From: an uncultured archaeon
Lineage (GTDB): Archaea; Asgardarchaeota; Heimdallarchaeia; Heimdallarchaeales; Heimdallarchaeaceae
Direction: 5' to 3'
DNA: 64,000 bases
NCBI GenBank assembly: GCA_964534625.1
Contig: CAZHRF010000008.1
Span: 13,016 to 77,015 of the forward strand
The notes under the pieces were generated by a model. It saw only the letters and a list, made by a program, of their open reading frames with translations, did not search any database and was not told the DNA's origin. Positions 29,163 to 39,629 of this stretch are shown here, piece by piece (positions within the stretch are counted from its first letter, which is position 1; each line of letters begins with the position of its first letter). Both the position numbers and the translations under genes were made by a program.

Positions 29163-31028
29163 ATGGCATGTCAAAGATTCCAAGATCAATCTTCATCTTT
29201 TTATAATTATCTTTCGGCAAAGTGGTATTCTAAAGGCAAACTATGGTGGCTGCTTGGTCATACATTACAGCACAAATTAAGTTTAATTACTATTACAATT
29301 TTTTCTATAGTTGGGATAGGCTTTCAAACTATTATTCCATTTATCTTAGGTGATCTATTTGAAATTATGTCTCCTTCTTTAGATCTTACCATTGTGATTA
29401 ATTATGGTTTGTTGGTTCTTTTTTTAGGAGGAGCTAAGCTCCTTACGAATTTTATTGCTTCTGCACTTAATGAAGTCATGGCTCAGAAAGTTGAAATGCA
29501 AATTAGGATAGAATTTTATGAATCTTTACAAACAAAAAGCATGGATTTTCATGATGAAAGTAGAGTAGGAGATCTAATGAGCATGGCAACCCAAGATACA
29601 CGTATGATTAATGCGTCTGTATCTCCTGGAGTTCGAATGATTTCTACCACCATAATATCGTTATTAGTTACATTTATTGCAATGTGGATAGCATCACCAA
29701 TCCTTTCGATTATTTTCTTGCTTATTCTTCCTCTCTACATATATTTATTAAAAAGGTTTGCAACCAATCTCATTCCCTTGAGTATAGAAAGACAGTCTAA
29801 AGTAGCACAGATGAGTGCTGAATTACAAGAAAATTTGACAGGAGTGAGAGTTGTTCGTACATTTAGTGGACAAGATCGTGAGATAAAAAAATTTGATTTA
29901 ACCGCTCAAGAATTAAAAGATATTCTTATTAAACGAGGTGTCACTAGTGCTTTTTATATTCCGCTACTTCTCATTGGTCTTGTAAATGCTGTCATTTTTC
30001 TTGGTGCTGTATATTTGATAGAAGCTACATTAGGTGGAAGTATAATTCTCTTGGGTTTTACTATTGAACAAATAGGGATTGGGGAACTAATTACTTTTCT
30101 AATTTTAACCTCATTTTTAACTATGCCAACTATGTTTCTAAGATGGATTATAGATATGACTTTACTTGGTTTTGCGGGTGCAGAGAGAATATTTAATGTG
30201 CTTGCTGGTGAAGCGGAACCATCACAAGGGGCTTATATACCTGAAACTGTAAAAGGAGAAATAATATTTGATAATGTCTCTTTTTCGTATAAAAAAGATA
30301 GTCCTCTTGTTATAAACAATGTTTCACTAAAAATAGAGCCAGGGGAATCTATTGTAATACTGGGACCTACAGGTTGTGGCAAAACTACACTAGTCAAGCT
30401 ATTGCTTTATCTCTATTGTGTTAACGGCGGGTCAATTAAAGTCGATGGTGTAAATATTACAGAATGGGATATTAATTATCTGAGACAGAATATAGGAGTT
30501 ATAGAGCAAGATACTTTTTTGTTTAGCTCAACAATTAAAAACAACATAGCGTACGGAAAAAATGACGCCACAGATGAAGAAATAATAGCTGCTGCTAAAT
30601 CTGCTCAAGCTCATGAATTTATAATGAATCTTGAAAATGGATATGATACTGTTGTAGGAGAACGGGGAATTACTCTTTCTGGTGGTCAAAAACAACGTGT
30701 TGCAATGGCTAGAGGTTTTGTTCTTAACCCTAAGATTCTTGTTATGGATTCTTCTACTAGTGCTGTAGATGCTGAAACTGAGGCTAAGATACAAAAGGCC
30801 ATTGATACTATTCTGATAGGCAGAACGACCATTATTATTACTCATCGATTATCAACACTTAGAAGTGCTTCCAAAATTGTTTTTATGGAAAAGGGCACGA
30901 TTAAAAAAATTGGCAAGCATGAAGAGTTGATAAAAAGCTTTGAACCCTATCGGGATATTTTTAAACGTTATTTGGATCTTCCTCCTTTGGAAGAAAACAG
31001 TATTGTTGCTGGTGGAGGTGATGATTAA
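29163..31028 (+). CDS. Heterodimeric ABC exporter subunit A (TMD-NBD)
   Basis: GPTGCGKTT, LSGGQKQR, degenerate Walker B 'VMDSSTSAVD'. Confidence 0.93.
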   Translation: MACQRFQDQSSSFYNYLSAKWYSKGKLWWLLGHTLQHKLSLITITIFSIVGIGFQTIIPFILGDLFEIMSPSLDLTIVINYGLLVLFLGGAKLLTNFIASALNEVMAQKVEMQIRIEFYESLQTKSMDFHDESRVGDLMSMATQDTRMINASVSPGVRMISTTIISLLVTFIAMWIASPILSIIFLLILPLYIYLLKRFATNLIPLSIERQSKVAQMSAELQENLTGVRVVRTFSGQDREIKKFDLTAQELKDILIKRGVTSAFYIPLLLIGLVNAVIFLGAVYLIEATLGGSIILLGFTIEQIGIGELITFLILTSFLTMPTMFLRWIIDMTLLGFAGAERIFNVLAGEAEPSQGAYIPETVKGEIIFDNVSFSYKKDSPLVINNVSLKIEPGESIVILGPTGCGKTTLVKLLLYLYCVNGGSIKVDGVNITEWDINYLRQNIGVIEQDTFLFSSTIKNNIAYGKNDATDEEIIAAAKSAQAHEFIMNLENGYDTVVGERGITLSGGQKQRVAMARGFVLNPKILVMDSSTSAVDAETEAKIQKAIDTILIGRTTIIITHRLSTLRSASKIVFMEKGTIKKIGKHEELIKSFEPYRDIFKRYLDLPPLEENSIVAGGGDD

Positions 31029-32815
31029 TGTCACAAATGTTCGATAAAGCAAAGAAACAATTTTTTGATCAAGAGTACAGTTTCAGTGAAATCCTCTCCA
31101 TGCTCTGGGCTTATGCTAGAAACGAGAGAAAAAATCTCTTTCTTTTATTTATTACATTAATTCTCAATACAGCCATTACTATTATTGTTCCTCTCCTAAT
31201 CAGTACAGCTATAGATTATTTAACTTTTGAGGGATCTATTGATTTTAGGACCATACACATCTATGGATGGCTATTTTTAATTGGTAATATACTCACCTTT
31301 ATTGCTTTCTTTTTTGTAGTAAGGGCTCAATGGACAATTGTAGCTCGTACAGTTACTAGATTGCGTCTAGATATGTTCATATCATTGCAAAAACATGATC
31401 TATCTTTCTATGATCGTGTAAAAACAGGACGGATAATGAGCAGAGTAATGGATGATACTTGGGAATTAAGCACCTTTATGCTTATTTTTGTTGATCTGGT
31501 CATTAATGGCGCAGCTATCATTATTATGGTGTCTATTTTATTCAGTGTTGAATGGAGATTAACTTTTGGAGTTCTAAGCATAGTACCTTTAATAGCGTTT
31601 ATGATGTTTGTATTAGGTTCTTTAATTGTCAGATTAAGCCGTGAATGCCAACAAACTGTTGCAGCAGTTAATGGTGCAATGCAAGAGTCTGTAGCTGGAA
31701 TAGCTATCTCTAAAAGTTTTTCTCGTGAGGCTAAAAACAAAAAAGAGTTTTATGATCTAAATAAAGATAATTTAAGAGCGAATATTAAACGAAGCTTAAC
31801 TTTTGCGAGTTTCTTTCCTATTTTTGAATTTCTTTCTCACTTGATTATTTTCGTTATAGTTTTTCAAGGTGCTCGTTATGTTATCGAAGGTACTATTACC
31901 CCAGGTGATTTATATCTTTTCTATCTCTATTCATTACAACTAATAGGCCCACTTATTAATTTCAGCCAACAAATAGCTCAATTTCAATCAGGTCGTGCTG
32001 CAGCTGAAAGGATCTTTTCTTTAATTCAAGTGCCTAGTTTTATGAAAACAGGATCGATTATTACTGAAGATATTACAGGCAGAATAGAATTTAGAAATGT
32101 TGTATTTGGCTATAGTGATACTGCAATTTTATTTGACAATGTTAGTGTAACAATTGAAGCAGGGCAAAATATAGCCATAGTTGGACATACTGGATCAGGT
32201 AAAACCTCATTTATTTCTTTACTTGCTCATTTCTACGAGATCCAGAAAGGTGAGATATTAGTTGATGATATGAATATAAGAAAAATGAATGTAGATGATT
32301 ATAGGAACCATTTAGGAATAGTGCTACAAGATCCTTATTTGTTTTCAGGTACTATTCTTGATAATATCAAGTATGGTAATCCCACTGCTATAGAAAAAGA
32401 AATAGAAAGAGCTATTGAAGCAAGTCATGTAAAAGACTTTATTGAATTTTTACCTGAGGGATTACTGACACAAGTAGGCGAAAGAGGATCAAAATTATCT
32501 TTAGGACAACGTCAATTAGTATCATTAGCTCGTGCTTTAGTAGCCAACCCTAAAATTTTGGTATTGGATGAGGCCACAGCATCAGTAGATGCTTATACTG
32601 AAAGTCTAATACAAGATGCTTTAGAAAGTTTGTTCAAAGACAGAACATCTATCGTTATTGCTCATAGATTATCTACAGTAATTGGAGCTGATAGGATACT
32701 TGTGTTCCAAGAAGGAAAAATTGTTGGTGATGGTTCTCACCATGAATTAATAGAAAATAATCTTACATACCAAGAGCTCTACAAAACTTATTATGAGTTT
32801 CAAGGTGTCTTCTGA
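31028..32815 (+). CDS. Heterodimeric ABC exporter subunit B (TMD-NBD)
   Basis: GHTGSGKTS, degenerate signature LSLGQ, intact LDEATASVD; 1-nt overlap with subunit A. Confidence 0.93.
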   Translation: MSQMFDKAKKQFFDQEYSFSEILSMLWAYARNERKNLFLLFITLILNTAITIIVPLLISTAIDYLTFEGSIDFRTIHIYGWLFLIGNILTFIAFFFVVRAQWTIVARTVTRLRLDMFISLQKHDLSFYDRVKTGRIMSRVMDDTWELSTFMLIFVDLVINGAAIIIMVSILFSVEWRLTFGVLSIVPLIAFMMFVLGSLIVRLSRECQQTVAAVNGAMQESVAGIAISKSFSREAKNKKEFYDLNKDNLRANIKRSLTFASFFPIFEFLSHLIIFVIVFQGARYVIEGTITPGDLYLFYLYSLQLIGPLINFSQQIAQFQSGRAAAERIFSLIQVPSFMKTGSIITEDITGRIEFRNVVFGYSDTAILFDNVSVTIEAGQNIAIVGHTGSGKTSFISLLAHFYEIQKGEILVDDMNIRKMNVDDYRNHLGIVLQDPYLFSGTILDNIKYGNPTAIEKEIERAIEASHVKDFIEFLPEGLLTQVGERGSKLSLGQRQLVSLARALVANPKILVLDEATASVDAYTESLIQDALESLFKDRTSIVIAHRLSTVIGADRILVFQEGKIVGDGSHHELIENNLTYQELYKTYYEFQGVF

Positions 32816-32882
32816 TTTCAGATATTTTCTCTTCTTACATTTTCTATGATAACTCATGTTCTATTTTCCTCTCCTTTCTCTA

Positions 32883-33191
32883 TTATAGTGTTCGTTCATT
32901 TTTAACCCCCTCATTTTTACTAGAATCAAACCTACGTGGGTTATCACAACTCGTGGGAACAGATTCTTCTGTGTTCTCCCTCTCATCGAATGTATTCAAT
33001 AAGTGATAAAGTTCGATATCAATTTCTAACGAGGGAACAGCAGTACTACCTCGTACAAAAACAGCTTTATGGGGATTATACCGCCCAAAATTAACGTCTT
33101 TTCCCAAGATGTCTAATATTATTAGTTCAATAAAAGTAAGTGGAATATCGGTCTTTTCTGCAATCCAATATAAAGGCCTAAAAAAAGTTTC
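32883..33191 (-). pseudogene. Probable C-terminal fragment of a winged-helix/PCI-like protein
   Basis: Frame is open 28 codons upstream of the ORF-track TTG, with no ATG/GTG/TTG start, and reads LYWIAEKTDIPLTFIELIILDILGKDVNFGRYNPHKAVFVR, a wH-like pattern. Confidence 0.4.
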
Positions 33192-33252
33192 CTATGTTTT
33201 TCTGATAAGTAATACGATAAATACATATAATATCTCACCTAATCGTTAAAAG

Positions 33253-34554
33253 ATGAACATTGTAATGCTTTCAGCTTCATATTATCCGAGGACAGATGGA
33301 GTAGCTGATCAAGTACACAAAATAGCAGAAAATATGTTAAAACAAGGGCATAATGTTGTTTTATTTGTTCTGGATCAGAAAAATCAAGTTGAGCAAAAAA
33401 CGAAAGGTTACAAAGTGCATAGATTCGAAAGTAATAAATTACAAACTTACACAGATAGTTTTTTTTATCGAACAGATTATCCAAAAGAAAATATCAAAAG
33501 CATTCTGGATATATTTGAACCCGATATTCTCCATGTACATTCACCTTTTACAATGGCTCACTGGGCTGAAAGGATTGCAAAAGATTATGAAATACCTATT
33601 GTGGCAACATATCATACGTTTATGTTAGATCATGCAAAATTGTTATTGAAAAAAAATATTAGAAATGGCCTATACATATCCTTCCTAAAACTTCTATTAA
33701 GAACATTTGGTAACTTTTTCTTAAACAGTATATTCAAGGCAGCCAACCTTAATATTGCTCCTTCAAAAAATGTGAAAGCGTTTTTGCATAAAAAAGGCAT
33801 CAATCATGTAGAAACGGTTTATAATTTGGTTGAAATTCCTGAATTCTCAAAAAACACTGAAAAAATACAAAAGAAATTTAATATCAATGCCGATGATTTT
33901 GTTATTTTACACGTAGGGAGACTATCTCCTGAAAAAAGAATTGACGTATTGTTACATGTTACTAAACAGTTGGTTGAAAAAGGCTATGGAAATAAAATTA
34001 AAGTTGTTATCACAAGTAAAGGAATTCTAGCTAAAGAATTGCGAGAGATCACAAAAGATCTTAATATACAAGATCAAGTTATTTTTACAGGTTTCTTAAA
34101 TAGTTCAGATCTTTATACTTGTTACAGTATCGCTGATATATTTGTGGATCCAAGTATCTATGATACGTTTAATATTTGTGTTCTAGAGGCATTGATAATG
34201 GGTCTGCCTGTTGTTGGTGCAGACTCAAAAGGAGTGGGAGAATTGATAGAAAATGATGAAGTAGGAATTGCCATTCCTTCTGATGAGAAAGAAATAGAAA
34301 AATATGCAGAAGCAATAATTGATTTAATAAATAATCCTCACAGATTAAAAAAATTAGCTGAGAAAGCACAAACATATTCAAAAGAGAAGTATAACATCAA
34401 AAAACAAGTAAAAAAATTAGAGCAGTTATATCAAAATGTTATAGATGGTAAATATCAAAGAGAGAAAAAAAGACTAAGACTAAGACTAAGATACCTAATC
34501 AATCACATTAAGTATAAGATTTTGCTAAATATAGTAAAAAGGCTGAATATATAG
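33253..34554 (+). CDS. GT4 (GT-B) glycosyltransferase
   Basis: YYPRTDGV, DILHVHSPF, VATYHT, VGRLSPEKRID, DTFNICVLEALIMGLPVV. Confidence 0.92.
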   Translation: MNIVMLSASYYPRTDGVADQVHKIAENMLKQGHNVVLFVLDQKNQVEQKTKGYKVHRFESNKLQTYTDSFFYRTDYPKENIKSILDIFEPDILHVHSPFTMAHWAERIAKDYEIPIVATYHTFMLDHAKLLLKKNIRNGLYISFLKLLLRTFGNFFLNSIFKAANLNIAPSKNVKAFLHKKGINHVETVYNLVEIPEFSKNTEKIQKKFNINADDFVILHVGRLSPEKRIDVLLHVTKQLVEKGYGNKIKVVITSKGILAKELREITKDLNIQDQVIFTGFLNSSDLYTCYSIADIFVDPSIYDTFNICVLEALIMGLPVVGADSKGVGELIENDEVGIAIPSDEKEIEKYAEAIIDLINNPHRLKKLAEKAQTYSKEKYNIKKQVKKLEQLYQNVIDGKYQREKKRLRLRLRYLINHIKYKILLNIVKRLNI

Positions 34555-34599
34555 TGGTAATGATTAACCTAAACATGCTAACAAAAAAAGAGGAGTATT

Positions 34600-35133
34600 A
34601 TGAAATTTTATGTTGATGCTATGCTAGGAAAATTAGGGCGATATCTAAGGCTTTTAGGCTTTGATACTCTAATAGCAGATGAAATAACTAAGGATCATCA
34701 AATTCTTTGTAAAACTATCAAAGAAGAAAGGATATTAATTACCCGCGACAAAGAATTATATTCTATCACTAAAAGAGAATATCAAGAGAAAGCGAAGGAT
34801 TTACCTGATAATCACTTATTAATTAAAAATGATGATTTGGTTTGTCAATTAGCTACTTTCTTTATACACTTTGACATTAACGTTGATCAATATACGTGGA
34901 AAGGAAAGGATATCCCTTTTGTTAAATCGCGTTGTACGAAATGTAATGCTGAGATTGAAGAAGTAGAAAAAACAGAGATACTAGAAGAAATCCACCAAAG
35001 GACAGCTAAGCATTATGATCTATTTTTTCGCTGTCAAAATGAACAATGTAAACAGGTATATTGGATAGGAAAGGCACATTGGAAGAATATCGTAAAAACA
35101 ATAAAAAGAGCAAAAGAAAAAATGGAGAAATAA
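34600..35133 (+). CDS. Mut7-C PIN-like RNase domain protein with zinc ribbon
   Basis: FYVDAMLGKLGRYLRLLGFDT, RILITRD, SRCTKCN, C..C.QVYWIG. Confidence 0.92.
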   Translation: MKFYVDAMLGKLGRYLRLLGFDTLIADEITKDHQILCKTIKEERILITRDKELYSITKREYQEKAKDLPDNHLLIKNDDLVCQLATFFIHFDINVDQYTWKGKDIPFVKSRCTKCNAEIEEVEKTEILEEIHQRTAKHYDLFFRCQNEQCKQVYWIGKAHWKNIVKTIKRAKEKMEK

Positions 35134-35205
35134 AACAACCTGCATATCTCTATCTTCTTAAGTGCTATTCAGTACTAACCAGAAAAGTTTTTATCTATTA
35201 TTTAT

Positions 35206-36141
35206 CTATTTATTTCGGAAGAAAATCTTTCTAAATAGATTTTTGAAAATGTCTATTGCCATCAACGGATTTGCAGTTAATCTTCTTTTGAGATACGCTG
35301 TTGCATTTTTCTTCCTCTCTGCGAAAGGAACGTATAATCGCATTATAAACCCTTTTTCCATAATTATTTGTTGAATTTTTTTTCTTGGAACGCCTAATAA
35401 CATCTGATACTCTATTTGTTCTGGAGTATATCTCTTTTTCTCGCTTATTTCCATCATCTTCTTGATTAATTTTTCATCATGGGTTGCAAAACCAACATAA
35501 TATCCTTTTGTAATTAATAATTGGGCTTGATCGATCATTCGTTCTTTCATCGATGGTTTGTGTGTGAGAGCTATGTCTTTAGGCTCTTTGTAAATACCAA
35601 TACACAACCTAATGCGAGCATTATCCACATTCATTTGTTCAATGTCATTTTTGGTTCTATGTAATCGTGTTTGAAGTACAGTCCCAAGAGTCGGATACAT
35701 AGGTTTGAATTTTTCATATGATTCTAATGTAGGATCAGTAAATTTATGATCTTCCATGTCAATTGTAATTTTTATTGCCTTTTCTTGAGCTTTTTTCAGT
35801 ACTTTTTCCAAACTCGTGAAGTAATATGTTTTACTTACTAGCAATCCTAAAGAACTAGGTTTGACAGAAATAGTTGTATATTGTTGCATGTTTTCTTCAC
35901 TTACCCGCTTAATTAAGTCTTTATAGAGTTCAACTGCATGCTCCACTTCTTCTGCATCTTCTAAATCCTCTCCCAGTAGATCCATCGTGGAATATAATCC
36001 ATTAGTTTCATAAATTTTTTTAGCAGTTTGTATACCTTCTTCAAGACTATTCCCACCCAAATAAGGTGATGCAAAAAGATGTATGAGAAAAGGAGGCATT
36101 AAACGAACAAAGAAAGCATTGATATTTGTTATAATTGACAT
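35206..36141 (-). CDS. Monofunctional proline dehydrogenase
   Basis: DLLGE, ISVKPS, IDMED, RIRLCIGIYKEP, ATHDE, QMLLGV, RLYVPF. Confidence 0.9.
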   Translation of the reverse strand: MSIITNINAFFVRLMPPFLIHLFASPYLGGNSLEEGIQTAKKIYETNGLYSTMDLLGEDLEDAEEVEHAVELYKDLIKRVSEENMQQYTTISVKPSSLGLLVSKTYYFTSLEKVLKKAQEKAIKITIDMEDHKFTDPTLESYEKFKPMYPTLGTVLQTRLHRTKNDIEQMNVDNARIRLCIGIYKEPKDIALTHKPSMKERMIDQAQLLITKGYYVGFATHDEKLIKKMMEISEKKRYTPEQIEYQMLLGVPRKKIQQIIMEKGFIMRLYVPFAERKKNATAYLKRRLTANPLMAIDIFKNLFRKIFFRNK

Positions 36142-36251
36142 CTTATTTACCTCGTTTGTTATACTTTGTCTTCAAAACTTTTTGAACTTTGTCTATTAGT
36201 TTCATAATATCCCTTAAAGTTTTAATATAAGCTCTTTTTTCTATACCACGT

Positions 36252-37163
36252 ATGATAATGAACAAGCGCCCTGATGGGACATTGGTTAAGAATATATCAA
36301 AATTTCAAGAGTTGGCCTTTCATATAATGCCCGACCGTACAAATTCTAATGCCCTTTTTGATTTAAGCATAGATTTACAACATACATTTGCATATTTAGA
36401 AAAATATAATGATAAACCTAAAGGAGAAAGAATTACATTATTTGAAATTATTTTGGCAGCTTTGGGTCGCGCTATGATGTTAAGACCAAAAAGTAATAGA
36501 TTCGTGCAAGGGAGGCGATTATTTCAGCGAAATGAATTATCCATAATGTTTGTTGTGAAAAAACAAAAAACAGAGGAAGGTGAAGAAATAAATGCTAAAA
36601 TACTTTTTAGCCCATATGATACCCTCCAAGATGTGTCGATTAGAACAAAAAAGATAGTGAGTGAAGCGAGATCTGGAACAAGCTCAAATGCAGAAAAAAT
36701 AGAATTTTTCGGTAGATTACCGCGTTGGATAATTAGAATAATAGCTAAAGTTTTGTTTATAACAAATAAGATTAACTGTCCAATTTATAGTGTAACAAAA
36801 GAAATGCCTATGTTTGCGTCTGTATTTCTTACTCACTTGGGTTCAATAGATTTGGATGCTGTGTATCATCATCTCTATGAGATGGGTACAACTTCGTTCT
36901 TCATCTCAACAGGAAAAGTGCATAAAGCCCCTATTATTGATCAAGAAACAGAGGAAATATTAGTTCATCCTATGATGCAATTACGGTTAAATATAGATGA
37001 ACGGGTAGCAGACGGAATTTACTGGGTTCGTACAGTCAAATTGCTTAAAAATTTCATACAGAATCCGAGTTTAATGGAAGAACCAATCGATGTAACAGAT
37101 GAATTGCTTGATAAACTGAAATTAAAATATTTGCCAGAAGATAAACAAATTAGTAAAAGATAA
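36252..37163 (+). CDS. 2-oxoacid dehydrogenase E2/CAT-like acyltransferase catalytic domain (no lipoyl domain)
   Basis: SVFLTHLGSI, LNIDERVADG (Glu in place of the DHRxxDG His). Confidence 0.8.
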   Translation: MIMNKRPDGTLVKNISKFQELAFHIMPDRTNSNALFDLSIDLQHTFAYLEKYNDKPKGERITLFEIILAALGRAMMLRPKSNRFVQGRRLFQRNELSIMFVVKKQKTEEGEEINAKILFSPYDTLQDVSIRTKKIVSEARSGTSSNAEKIEFFGRLPRWIIRIIAKVLFITNKINCPIYSVTKEMPMFASVFLTHLGSIDLDAVYHHLYEMGTTSFFISTGKVHKAPIIDQETEEILVHPMMQLRLNIDERVADGIYWVRTVKLLKNFIQNPSLMEEPIDVTDELLDKLKLKYLPEDKQISKR

Positions 37164-37254
37164 TTTTATATTATAACACCTATTTTTATTGTTTTTTGTT
37201 TTTTCTCATATACTTTGACAAAGCCTTTTAAACATAAAATTTAGGTATGGGTAT

Positions 37255-38334
37255 ATGAGTTCCAAATATACTATTGATATAAAACTATGCCCAGAGGAAA
37301 AAAGAAAAGAGAAAGTTCCCGACTCAGAATTAGGGTTTGGGAAAATATTTACTGACCATATGTTTCTTATGCAATACAAAGACGAACAATGGCAACCTCC
37401 AAAAATAGTCCCCTATCAAGATTTGAGTCTTGATCCTGCTGCATTAGTATTTCATTATGGCCAAGAAATTTTTGAGGGAATGAAGGCTTTCATTCATGAT
37501 GATGGAAGTGTTCATCTTTTTAAACCGAAAGAAAACGCAAAAAGATTTCAGTTATCAGCTGAACGGATGTGTATGCCTAAGGTGGATAAAGAACTTTTTG
37601 TCAAGGCTATTAAAGAACTCATTAAAGTGGAAAAAGATTGGATACCTTCAGCTCCCGGAACAGCATTATACATTCGACCAACAATGATTGCTACTGAAGT
37701 TGCCTTAGGCGTTCATCCTAGCGACGAATATTATTTTTATATCATCTTAAGTCCAGTCGGACCATACTTTAAATCTGGATTCAAACCCACAAAAATTTAT
37801 GTTGCTTCAGAAAATGTAAGAGCATGTCCAGGTGGAACTGGAGAAGCAAAAACAGGCGGTAATTATGCTGCTACTCTTGCTGAGACTCAAAATGCTAAAG
37901 AGTTAGGATACTCACAAGTTTTATGGTTGGATGCTATTGAACGAAAATATGTCGAAGAAGTAGGCTCAATGAATATAATGTTTGTAATCAATGGGGATCT
38001 CTACACGCCTCCATTAGATGGTACAATACTAAAAGGCATTACTCGTGCTTCCGTTATTCATTTAGCTAAAGATTTGGGATATAAAGTCTATGAAGAAAAG
38101 ATAAATATTAATCAATTGACAAACCAAATAAAGAAAGGAGAATGCACAGAAGCATTTGGGGTAGGAACAGCTGCATCCATTACTCCCGTTGGAGAATTGT
38201 ATTACAAAAAAGAACAATATGTACTAAATGATTTGGAAGTAGGACCAGTGACGCAGCATCTGTATGATGAATTGGTTGGATTACAGAAAGGCAAAAAAGA
38301 AGATAAATATAATTGGTTAGATAAAGTGCTCTAA
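37255..38334 (+). CDS. ilvE: Branched-chain amino acid aminotransferase
   Basis: GFGKIFTDHM, FHYGQEIFEGMKA, LYIRP, AKTGGNYA, EEVGSMN, LKGITR, GTAA. Confidence 0.96.
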   Translation: MSSKYTIDIKLCPEEKRKEKVPDSELGFGKIFTDHMFLMQYKDEQWQPPKIVPYQDLSLDPAALVFHYGQEIFEGMKAFIHDDGSVHLFKPKENAKRFQLSAERMCMPKVDKELFVKAIKELIKVEKDWIPSAPGTALYIRPTMIATEVALGVHPSDEYYFYIILSPVGPYFKSGFKPTKIYVASENVRACPGGTGEAKTGGNYAATLAETQNAKELGYSQVLWLDAIERKYVEEVGSMNIMFVINGDLYTPPLDGTILKGITRASVIHLAKDLGYKVYEEKININQLTNQIKKGECTEAFGVGTAASITPVGELYYKKEQYVLNDLEVGPVTQHLYDELVGLQKGKKEDKYNWLDKVL

Positions 38335-38421
38335 ACTGCCATTTTATTACTTTTTTTATTCTTCTCATTTTTTAGTATGGATTGAATTAACTTTTAATAA
38401 ATTAATAACAACAGCATTATA

Positions 38422-38730
38422 ATGACTTCTATTAAAGAATTGACTTTGGAAATAGTCAAATTTAGAGATGAAAGGAAATGGAAAAAATACCATACGCCTA
38501 AAAATCTGTCTCTTTCAATAATAATTGAACTTGCTGAACTATTTGAGTTATATCAATGGGAAACAAACAAAGAAATCTCCACCAAACTATCTCAGATACG
38601 CCCTCAACTTGCAGAAGAGTTGGCTGATGTAACCATTTATCTTTTCTTGTTAGCTCATGAGTTGGGAATAGATTTAGAAACTGCTATACCTGAAAAAATT
38701 AAAAAAAATGGTAAAAAATATCCTTTGTAG
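38422..38730 (+). CDS. MazG-like nucleotide pyrophosphohydrolase (DCTPP1-like)
   Basis: FRDERKWKKYHTPKNL, ELAELFELYQW, EELADV, KKYP. Confidence 0.92.
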   Translation: MTSIKELTLEIVKFRDERKWKKYHTPKNLSLSIIIELAELFELYQWETNKEISTKLSQIRPQLAEELADVTIYLFLLAHELGIDLETAIPEKIKKNGKKYPL

Positions 38731-38820
38731 TTGAATCGAGGAGAGAGAGAGATTTTCTATCCATTCTAAGGCAAAGAAATGAAAAAAAGGTATAAAAAGA
38801 GGCTAATCTTCTATTCTATT

Positions 38821-39612
38821 TTATGTTATTAATGCACTTAATCTTTTGGCTACAATGAACATTCTTATTCTTCCTTGAGCTAATTCAACAATTTTACTTT
38901 TTTTCAATCCTTGATTTTCGATTAATTTATTTACACTAAATAAAGGCATATGAAAATTAATTTTATTGATCTTTCTGTATAAAGCTTGCACACCTAATCT
39001 CACCAAGTCGATTAAAGCTATGAATATGTTACTTGAAATAAACTCTTCAACAAGTAATATCTGTCCGTGTTTAAGTAACAATTCTTTACATTTTTTAATT
39101 ATATTCTTCCTATCTTCTGAATCTTGTTTCTTCAATCCAAAAAAGATGATTATATTGTAATATTTTTCACTCATAGATTGTAATTCTTCAAGCTTAAATT
39201 GTTTAATGTCTAGTGCTCTCAGTATCTCTTCATCTTTTATTTCTGTTCTAGGGCTAATATATGTTGGACTTGTATCTCTTGCTCTTAAAGGTAGTTCGGT
39301 TTCCCTAATTATTTCTTCACAAAAAGAGCCTATATTATCCCCAATTAATAAAGTACTACCTTCTTTGATTAAAGAGAGTATTTTTTGTTCTACTTCATCT
39401 CTGTAAGAATCCAATTGTACTTTTGATTTTACTTTATTTGTAAAATCATTGATGTCTATTTTTCTTGTCTTTTTTTCTTCAGTTTCAATTTCAGATTCTG
39501 TTTCATTTTCCTCTCTCTTTTTAATTTCAGGTACTTTTAGCTCTTTTTCATCTTGCTTTTTTTGTATCTCTAAAATTTCAGGTAATTCGGGAAGTTCTTC
39601 ATCTTCTTTCAT
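38821..39612 (-). CDS. Acidic N-terminus plus degenerate class I SAM-methyltransferase-like domain
   Basis: 'YYNIIIFFGL...LLKHGQILLVEE' resembles motifs IV-VI; motif I is degenerate (LLIGDNIG). GGTGAT SD precedes ATG 39612. Confidence 0.55.
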   Translation of the reverse strand: MKEDEELPELPEILEIQKKQDEKELKVPEIKKREENETESEIETEEKKTRKIDINDFTNKVKSKVQLDSYRDEVEQKILSLIKEGSTLLIGDNIGSFCEEIIRETELPLRARDTSPTYISPRTEIKDEEILRALDIKQFKLEELQSMSEKYYNIIIFFGLKKQDSEDRKNIIKKCKELLLKHGQILLVEEFISSNIFIALIDLVRLGVQALYRKINKINFHMPLFSVNKLIENQGLKKSKIVELAQGRIRMFIVAKRLSALIT

Positions 39613-39629
39613 CTTTATCACCACCAATG

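Noticed and set aside
29163-32815. Degenerate Walker B and signature motifs in the ABC exporter pair
   Set aside because: This is the well-known asymmetric heterodimer arrangement, not novel.
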